Origin: a bacterium
GTDB lineage: Archaea; Thermoplasmatota; E2; JACPAO01; JAHFTW01
Direction: 5' to 3'
Assembly: GCA_040390065.1 (NCBI GenBank)
Contig: JAZJZE010000009.1
Location: 378,930-442,929, forward strand
Length of the DNA: 64,000 bases
The notes beneath the pieces are model-generated. The model did not search any database and was not told the origin of the DNA. It worked only from the letters and a program-made list of their open reading frames with translations. Each line of letters begins with the position of its first letter. Position 1 is the stretch's first letter. The position numbers were made by a program, and so were the translations under genes. Below, piece after piece: positions 57,490-64,000 of the stretch.

Positions 57490-58488
57490 GTGAAAATGGA
57501 TGCCATCCTCCTCGCCGGCGGTTATGGGACTCGCCTGCGCCCGCTTACGTACACGCGCCCGAAGCCGCTTCTGCCGGTCGCGGGTCGCCCCATGGTGGAA
57601 TGGGTCCTCGACCGCTTGCCGCCCGAGGTGCACCGCGTCATCGTGGCCGTTAACTGGAAGGCGCAGGCGCTTGGCGCGTATTTCCAGGACCGCGAGCCGA
57701 AGAAGGGCCAGCGCTTGGAGTTCGTCGTCGTGCGCGAGGATGAGCCGCTGGGGACTGCGGGCGCGGTCAAGAATTGCGAGCGCAACCTGACCGGCGACCG
57801 CTTCTTCGTGCTGAACGCCGACATCGTGTCCGACATGGACCTCGGCGCCATGCTGCGGGCGCACAAGGCGCACGGCGGCCCCGGCACGATTGCACTCAAG
57901 GAAGTCCCGGCCGCCGACGTCGTCAACTTCGGCGTCATCGAGCCCGGCGAACAAGTCGAGACGGGCGCAATCCCCATCAAGGGTTTCGTCGAGAAGCCAA
58001 AGGACCCTGCCCTCGCGCCGAGCCGCCTCATCAACGCGGGAGCGTACCTTCTCGAACGCAACGTCCTCGACCTCATCACCCCCGGCAAACTCGTGTCCAT
58101 GGAGAAAGAGATCTTCCCGCACTTGATTCCCCGCGGCTTCTACGGGATGCCCATGGATGGCAAGTGGGTGGACGTCGGCGACCCGGCGCGCCTGCTTGCC
58201 GCAAGTCGGCTCCTCGACCCATCGTTCGTGGCTGGACCGCGCTGCCGCATCGACGCATCCGCCCGCCTCGACGGCTCGCTTGCTGGCAAGGATTGCTGGA
58301 TCGGCCCCGACTGCCTCGTTGAACGGACGGTCCTGGGCGACAACGTGACAGTCAAGGCAGGCGTCAAGCTCGTCGATTGCATCGTCGGCGACGGCGAAGT
58401 CGTCGGCGAGGACGCAACCTCGAAGCGCATCTGGTCGAAGCCGGTTCCCGCAGGGTACCCGGCGCAGCAAGTCGGCAACGCGCTGTAG
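57490..58488 (+). CDS. NDP-sugar synthase (sugar-1-phosphate nucleotidyltransferase)
   Basis: LAGGYGTRLRPLT..PKPLLP, EPLGTAGA, FVEKP, WVDVG, hexapeptide C-terminus. Confidence 0.9.
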   Translation: MKMDAILLAGGYGTRLRPLTYTRPKPLLPVAGRPMVEWVLDRLPPEVHRVIVAVNWKAQALGAYFQDREPKKGQRLEFVVVREDEPLGTAGAVKNCERNLTGDRFFVLNADIVSDMDLGAMLRAHKAHGGPGTIALKEVPAADVVNFGVIEPGEQVETGAIPIKGFVEKPKDPALAPSRLINAGAYLLERNVLDLITPGKLVSMEKEIFPHLIPRGFYGMPMDGKWVDVGDPARLLAASRLLDPSFVAGPRCRIDASARLDGSLAGKDCWIGPDCLVERTVLGDNVTVKAGVKLVDCIVGDGEVVGEDATSKRIWSKPVPAGYPAQQVGNAL

Positions 58489-58491
58489 ACG

Positions 58492-59478
58492 CTACTCGTC
58501 CAACGACCCGGCGAGTTGCGGTTCGACATGGCCTACCTCGAGTCCCGCATGGTTGCGCAACGTCGGCCGGATGTGCGGCGCCAAGGAGGCCTCCTGCGCC
58601 TCCGTCAGCCAGCCGGCCTCCGCCATGACGGCCAGTGCCACGGCCCGCGCTGGCTGCGACGTGCCGGCATCGAGCTTCACGGCGATGGCTTCGCCTGTCC
58701 GGCGGTCCACGGCCCCGACCACTCCCAACGCGCCGTACTTGGACACCAAGTGGCCCTCGGTCAGGCGCGGAAGGTCCGTGTCCGAGTTGCCCGTGCCGCC
58801 GACCATCTCGGGCCGGTTCGCCATGGCCTCGAGCACGCGAAGCGCGGGGGCCTCGCCGGAACGTTGCAGCCATTGGAACGAGCGGGCGAGCGACGCAACT
58901 GGCAGGAAGAACGTCGGCAGGCTGCAGCCGTCGACGCCGAAGGGGACGTCCGCCGCGTCGAGGCCGGCGGCCCGGGCCACCCAGCCGCGGATCTCGACTT
59001 GCAGCGGGTGCGAAGCCTCCAGGTAGCCATCGACGGGCCAGCCGCGGTGCTTGCAGGTGGCCACCATGGCGGCGTGCTTGCCGCTGCAGTTGTTGTGGAT
59101 GGCCGTCCAGCCGCCGGCCGGCATCGGCCCCGCCAGCGCCCCTGGGTCATGCACACCGCACTTGAGGTCGGCCACCTGCAGGCCGGCGGCGGTGAGAGTG
59201 TGCAGGGCCGCCTCCACGTGCATGGGCTCGGCGGCATGCGACCCGCACGCGACGGCCAACTCCGCATCGCCAATGTCAAAGGACGCCATCGCGCCCGACG
59301 CGACGAACGGCAGCGCCTGGAAGGGCTTGGCGGCCGAGCGCCAATAGGTCGGCTGTTCCGGCGTCCCCCACGACCGCACCACATGGCCGTCGCGCCCCAA
59401 CAGGATGGCGTGCCCGGTGTGGACGGCTTGCACGCGGCCGCTTCGCGTTTCGACGGCCAGGACCGGCCCAGGCTGCAC
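58492..59478 (-). CDS. ansA: L-asparaginase II (canonical)
   Basis: RSAAKPFQA, CGSH, HNNCSGKH, DGCSLP, SKYGA. Confidence 0.85.
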   Translation of the reverse strand: MQPGPVLAVETRSGRVQAVHTGHAILLGRDGHVVRSWGTPEQPTYWRSAAKPFQALPFVASGAMASFDIGDAELAVACGSHAAEPMHVEAALHTLTAAGLQVADLKCGVHDPGALAGPMPAGGWTAIHNNCSGKHAAMVATCKHRGWPVDGYLEASHPLQVEIRGWVARAAGLDAADVPFGVDGCSLPTFFLPVASLARSFQWLQRSGEAPALRVLEAMANRPEMVGGTGNSDTDLPRLTEGHLVSKYGALGVVGAVDRRTGEAIAVKLDAGTSQPARAVALAVMAEAGWLTEAQEASLAPHIRPTLRNHAGLEVGHVEPQLAGSLDE

Positions 59479-59584
59479 GCTGCGTCCACGGATGTGGCTG
59501 CCTTAACGCTGGCGCACGGGCCCGACCCAACCGTGGGCGGCACCAACGTTGAAGTGGGCGACGTTGCTTGCGGCTTGGTTCCCC

Positions 59585-59932
59585 ATGCGCTTTGCCCTGC
59601 TCTCGGCCCTCCTTCTGCTCTGTGTCACCGTGATGGCCGGTTGCTCCGGCTCCACGACGACGTCCAACCCGTCCGGCGACCAGAACTCGGCCGTGGCCAT
59701 CCGGGACTTCAACTTCAACCCGACCACGGTCAACATCCACAAGGGCTCCGCCGTGCCGTGGACCAACACTGGCGGCGCGACCCACACGGTCACGGCCAAC
59801 GACGGCTCGTTCGACTCCGGCAACATCGCGGCTGGCGGCAGCTACAGCCACACGTTCGATGCCGTCGGCACCTTCGCGTACCATTGCAAGCTCCATGCGA
59901 GCATGACGGGCACGATCACGGTCACCGCGTAG
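59585..59932 (+). CDS. Plastocyanin/halocyanin-like cupredoxin lipoprotein
   Basis: MAGC lipobox; HTVT and YHCKLHASM type-1 Cu ligands. Confidence 0.85.
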   Translation: MRFALLSALLLLCVTVMAGCSGSTTTSNPSGDQNSAVAIRDFNFNPTTVNIHKGSAVPWTNTGGATHTVTANDGSFDSGNIAAGGSYSHTFDAVGTFAYHCKLHASMTGTITVTA

Positions 59933-59986
59933 CGGCACCCGCCCGGGCAACGTTGAAGAGGCTCCCGCGAGTGCGAACGCGTTCCC

Positions 59987-60328
59987 ATGCGTCTTGCCGT
60001 CGCCATCCCTCTGGTCGTGCTCACGTTCTCCATCCTCGCCGGCTGCTCCGGTTCGAGCGGCCCGACCGTCGCCGTCCAGACCGTCAACGTCAAGATCAAC
60101 GCCGCGGGGTTCTACCCGGTCGAGGTGTTCATCCACGTCGGCTCGAGCGTTGCCTGGAAGAACACGGACACGGTCGTGCACACCGTCACCGCCGACGCCG
60201 GCGCCTTCGACTCAGGCAACCTGGCAAGCGGCGGCTCCTTCACGCAGACGTTCCAGAACGCGGGCACATTTGCCTACCACTGCAAGGTCCACGCGCGGAT
60301 GACGGGCACGGTCACCGTCTCCGCGTAA
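59987..60328 (+). CDS. Plastocyanin/halocyanin-like cupredoxin lipoprotein (tandem paralog)
   Basis: LAGC; HTVT and YHCKVHARM. Confidence 0.85.
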   Translation: MRLAVAIPLVVLTFSILAGCSGSSGPTVAVQTVNVKINAAGFYPVEVFIHVGSSVAWKNTDTVVHTVTADAGAFDSGNLASGGSFTQTFQNAGTFAYHCKVHARMTGTVTVSA

Positions 60329-60332
60329 GGCG

Positions 60333-61280
60333 TCAACCGGCGGTCCCGACCTGCTTGCTCACTACGGCGGGTAGCACGTGAGCTGCACCGCAGATGTCAG
60401 CCATGGACGACACGCCCTCCCGCGTCATCCACGCCTCGAGGTCCGCGGCAATCGTCCGGAAGACGCCCCAACCCTCGTGCATGACGGCCGTGCCGACTTG
60501 GAACGCGCTCGCCCCGGCCATCGCGTACTCGAGGACGTCGCGGGCAGTGTAGATGCCCCCCGAAGCGATGATGGGGACGCCGAGCCTGGCCGCATGACAG
60601 TCCCAGACGGCGCGCAGGGCGACGGGCTTCAGGGCGTGCCCGGACAGGCCGCCCACGCGGTTGCCCAGGACTGGCCGCCGCACGTCCGGCTCGATTGCGA
60701 TGGCCTTCAGGGTGTTCGTGGCGACGAGCGCATCGGCGCCGGCGTCGACTGCCGCCTTGGCAAGCCGGGCGACGTCATCCGTGTTGGGCGTGAGCTTGAC
60801 CCAGACGGGCACCTTGACGGCTGCCTTGACGGCGCGCACGACGCCCTCGAGACGCAGCGGGTCGCAGCCGATCTCCGAGCCGTAGCCCTTGGCGTGCGGG
60901 CAGGAGACGTTTAGTTCGAGGATCGGCGTTCCGAGCGCCGCCATGCGCGTCGCTGCGTGGGCAAACTCCTCTGCGGAGCCGCCGAAGATGCTGCCGACGA
61001 GGACGGCGCCCGCGCGTTGGGCGATGCGCACTTCCTCGGCGAAGTGGTCGAGGCCAGGCCCCGGGAGGCCCATGGCGTTGAGGAGGCCGCCCTCGACCTC
61101 GACGACGTTGGGGCCCGGGTGGCCGTTGCGCGGCTGCAGGCTCATCGACTTCGTCACGACGCCGCCTGCGCCCTCCCGGACGGCGCGGGCCATGCTGGCA
61201 CCCGTCTCGTTCAGGATGCCGCTTGCAAGGAGGAACGGATTGGGGAAGCGCACGCCGTTGACGGTGGTGGCGAGGTCCAC
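60333..61280 (-). CDS. pyrD: Dihydroorotate dehydrogenase family 1
   Basis: NPFLLASG, LNAMGL, ELNVSCPH, VKLTPN, GGLSG, SGGI, QVGTA. Confidence 0.9.
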   Translation of the reverse strand: MDLATTVNGVRFPNPFLLASGILNETGASMARAVREGAGGVVTKSMSLQPRNGHPGPNVVEVEGGLLNAMGLPGPGLDHFAEEVRIAQRAGAVLVGSIFGGSAEEFAHAATRMAALGTPILELNVSCPHAKGYGSEIGCDPLRLEGVVRAVKAAVKVPVWVKLTPNTDDVARLAKAAVDAGADALVATNTLKAIAIEPDVRRPVLGNRVGGLSGHALKPVALRAVWDCHAARLGVPIIASGGIYTARDVLEYAMAGASAFQVGTAVMHEGWGVFRTIAADLEAWMTREGVSSMADICGAAHVLPAVVSKQVGTAG

Positions 61281-61364
61281 GGCGGCCGGCAGGCCGGGGC
61301 GCCACTTGAAGGTGGCCGCCGTCGCGACCCCAAGGCTCAAGACCCGCCGGCCAGATTGCGCGGC

Positions 61365-62450
61365 GTGGAGTCCAGACTGCTTGCTGCAACGACGATTGTG
61401 GCTCTCTTCCTCCTCGCGGGTTGCGTGGCGCCGCCACCGTGCCACGTCCCCTTCGAGCCGACCTACGCTGCGGTGGGGACGCCGGCCGAAGGCGGCGTTG
61501 GGGACAGGCTGCTGCAGGTCACGGTCCTGGAGGACGTGGCCCGGCCAGACACGCGCACCATCCACGTCCTCTGGCCGCGTGATGGCGTGTGGCCCGACGT
61601 CAACGCCACGTCGTCGCACATCGTGCTGCGCGTCTTGGCCCTGCAGAGCGCGGCCGGCATCTTCACGGCCCACGTCCCGTCGGACCGTTCCCTGCGCATC
61701 GTAGCAGCAGGCTCCCTAGCGACCATGTCCCAGATGACGGCCCAGGAGATCCCGGCCGGCACGGCGCCCGTGGACCTCACGATGCGCCTGTTACAGCCCC
61801 GCTTGACGGTCATGCTTGACGGGATGTGGTCCGGCCCGCAGGCGACCCTGTATGTGCCCCCGTACACCAACGTACAGTGGGACCCCCACCCCATCGAATT
61901 CAACGCCGACCCCGCCTGGAGCGAAGCCTACACGCGCAGCCTCCGCCACTTCTCCGCCACCCTGTCGTGGACCAACGGCGCGCAGGGTATCGCCAGCTTC
62001 GGCGTCGCGGCCGACCTCAACGGCGGGGACGCGGACAACTGCTCGTTCCAGGACGGCCGGGACGAGACGACCTCGCCCGGGCTGCAGAAGGAGGGGTTCG
62101 ACACGGACGACACGAGCCAGGGCACCTTCTGCTTCACGCCGACTCCACTCGGGCCGGACCGCCCGGTCGTGTACATCGGGCCGGCCACGCCGCAGGCCGC
62201 GGTCGGACTGCTGGCCCTGCCCTACTCCATCGACGTCACCGCCCAGTTCGACTCCTCGGCCGACCTCCTGCAGGGCTGCACGGTCGGCAACGACCAAGGC
62301 GTCACCCTCGAGTTCATGGACGCCAAGACGGGCGAGATCACCTCCACGCAGGCCGGGCCGACGTACAGTGCGCCGCCGGCCGGCCTCCTCATGGTCGCGG
62401 GTGTCATCGCCCTCGCCGCGTTGGCCCGCCGCGGCCGCGACGCCATGTGA
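61365..62450 (+). CDS. Lipoprotein with additional C-terminal TM anchor
   Basis: LAGC lipobox; APPAGLLMVAGVIALAALARRGR C-terminus. Confidence 0.65.
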   Translation: MESRLLAATTIVALFLLAGCVAPPPCHVPFEPTYAAVGTPAEGGVGDRLLQVTVLEDVARPDTRTIHVLWPRDGVWPDVNATSSHIVLRVLALQSAAGIFTAHVPSDRSLRIVAAGSLATMSQMTAQEIPAGTAPVDLTMRLLQPRLTVMLDGMWSGPQATLYVPPYTNVQWDPHPIEFNADPAWSEAYTRSLRHFSATLSWTNGAQGIASFGVAADLNGGDADNCSFQDGRDETTSPGLQKEGFDTDDTSQGTFCFTPTPLGPDRPVVYIGPATPQAAVGLLALPYSIDVTAQFDSSADLLQGCTVGNDQGVTLEFMDAKTGEITSTQAGPTYSAPPAGLLMVAGVIALAALARRGRDAM

Positions 62451-62479
62451 CGGCGGAGATCCGCCGCCCCGCGGCCCTT

Positions 62480-62893
62480 CTACGGGACCGTCATGACCAT
62501 GGCCATGCCCGTGGTCATGGTCCCGTGAAAGCGGCACCAGACGTGGTACGTCCCTTTGGCCACGAAGGTGAAGATCGTGGTCTGGCCCGGCTGCAGGGTC
62601 TGGTTGAGAAGGGTCCCGGACAGCGGGTCGCCGACGTGGTGGATGGTGACGGTGTGGGCGTGGGCGCCGTCGTTGCGGAACGTCGTGGCGGTCCCAATCG
62701 AGACGGAGCGGTTTCCGTTGTCGAAGAAGTTGTCGCGCAGGGTCACCGTGTCCAGGCCACCGTTCGAGGATGACGTCGTGGTCGACGACGACGAGGAGGA
62801 GGACGAGGATGGTTCGCCGCCGAAGCATCCGGCAAGCGGGAACACGACAACAACGCACAACAGGGTAGCCGCGAGGCGCATGCCCCAGTCCAT
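62480..62893 (-). CDS. Cupredoxin lipoprotein
   Basis: LAGC; Ser linker; HTVT and WCRFHGTMTTGM. Confidence 0.8.
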   Translation of the reverse strand: MDWGMRLAATLLCVVVVFPLAGCFGGEPSSSSSSSSSTTTSSSNGGLDTVTLRDNFFDNGNRSVSIGTATTFRNDGAHAHTVTIHHVGDPLSGTLLNQTLQPGQTTIFTFVAKGTYHVWCRFHGTMTTGMAMVMTVP

Positions 62894-62984
62894 CCGGCGC
62901 CCAAATTCAAGTCTGTGGCCCCGGCAACGAAGCGTTTGCCTACCCGTCCACCACCGTTAAGGGGAAGGCCCCTGTGGACGCGCC

Positions 62985-64000
62985 GTGCCCCTGGAGGACC
63001 TCGGCATCGATCGGCGCGTCGCCGCCGTCCTGTCGGGGCAAGGCATCACGGCACTCTACCCGCCCCAGGAGCAGGCCTGGCGCGCCATCCAGAAAGGCCG
63101 CAACACGCTCGTCGCGATTCCCACGGCCTCGGGAAAATCCCTCGTGGCCTATCTTGCCATCGCCCACCGCTGGCTGGCCACGGGCAAGAAGGCGCTCTAC
63201 ATCGTGCCGCTGCGCGCCTTGGCCTCGGAGAAGCACGAGGAACTGCAGGCGTTCGAGTCCATGGGCCTCACGGTGGGCATCGCGACCGGCGACCTGGATG
63301 AACGTGACCCGCGTTTGGGCCGCTTCGACGTCATCGTGTGCACGAGCGAAAAGGCCGACGCCCTGCTGCGCCACCGCACGCCTTGGGTGCAGGAGATCGG
63401 CTGCCTCGTCGTCGACGAACTGCATCTGCTGAACGACGCCGGGCGGGGCCCGACCTTGGAAGTCATCCTGGCCCGCTTCCGGGCCATCATCCCAAGTGCC
63501 CAGATTGTGGGCCTGTCCGCCACGGTGCAGAACTCGAAGGCCCTGGCGGCCTGGCTCGACGCCGAATTGGTGACGTCGGAGTGGCGCCCCGTCACGCTGC
63601 ACATCGGGACGTACGGCGGCGACCGCCTGGAATTTCTCGGCCAGAAACCGCGCACGTTGCCCGCTGGCGGTGACCCGGTGGCAAGCCTCGTCGAGGACAC
63701 AATCAAGTCCGGCGGCCAGTGCCTCGTCTTCGTCTCGACGCGCAAGTCGGCGGAGTCGCAGGCCCAGAAGCTCGCAGGCATCGTCCGTGCACTCCTCACT
63801 CCCGCGGATCTCGCGCGACTGGCCGATGCGGTTGGCGACCTCGACGACGCTGGCGAAGGAAGCCCCACGGCCAAGAAGCTGCGACTACTGGCCGCGGCGG
63901 GCGTCTGCTACCACACGGCGGGCCTCGATTCGGGCCAGCGCCGCTTCGTCGAAGGCGCATTCCGAAAAGGCCTGCTGAAAGTCCTGTGCGCTACGCCGAC
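62985..64000 (+). CDS. hel308: Ski2-like DEAD/DEAH helicase Hel308/Hjm (3' truncated by window)
   Basis: Manual translation from GTG 62985: LYPPQ, AIPTASGKS, VPLRALASEK, VVDELHLL, GLSAT, WRPV, YHTAGL. Confidence 0.88.
   Translation, partial: MPLEDLGIDRRVAAVLSGQGITALYPPQEQAWRAIQKGRNTLVAIPTASGKSLVAYLAIAHRWLATGKKALYIVPLRALASEKHEELQAFESMGLTVGIATGDLDERDPRLGRFDVIVCTSEKADALLRHRTPWVQEIGCLVVDELHLLNDAGRGPTLEVILARFRAIIPSAQIVGLSATVQNSKALAAWLDAELVTSEWRPVTLHIGTYGGDRLEFLGQKPRTLPAGGDPVASLVEDTIKSGGQCLVFVSTRKSAESQAQKLAGIVRALLTPADLARLADAVGDLDDAGEGSPTAKKLRLLAAAGVCYHTAGLDSGQRRFVEGAFRKGLLKVLCATP

Noticed and set aside
62774-62810. GAC/GAG trinucleotide run
   Set aside because: Encodes the Ser/Thr linker of the cupredoxin lipoprotein

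Overview
High-GC archaeal chromosomal segment. Markers are rps24e/rps27ae, archaeal-type GluRS, Hel308 helicase, MfnA, archaeal Hpt, a histone-fold gene, CCA-less tRNAs and TATA-like boxes about 25 nt before start codons; a Thermoplasmatota-like lineage is inferred, not proven. It is gene-dense, mixing housekeeping genes with many lipoproteins and secreted proteins. Main discoveries: (1) A minus-strand aromatic catabolic cluster (8.2-20.4 kb) combines kynurenine formamidase, 2-aminophenol 1,6-dioxygenase beta subunit, an alpha subunit fused to a RidA deaminase, an aminomuconate-semialdehyde-type ALDH and an SDR with a luciferase-like monooxygenase coupled to a divergent asparaginase-II paralog. 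Together these suggest a kynureninase-independent tryptophan/kynurenine route (Baeyer-Villiger oxidation, then release of Asp + 2-aminophenol). (2) Families of 60-110 nt palindromic elements, two of them built from 9-nt units, occur both intergenically and in frame inside those catabolic genes. One family's arms flank a 2.4 kb two-gene cargo. (3) Also present: a CTAG-targeting MITE, a variant histone, a PKD/TSP3-TM-wHTH one-component receptor sharing a 23-bp upstream motif with its neighbour, and local strand-composition flips. Start codons are my best estimates. All family assignments come from motif recognition, not database searches.
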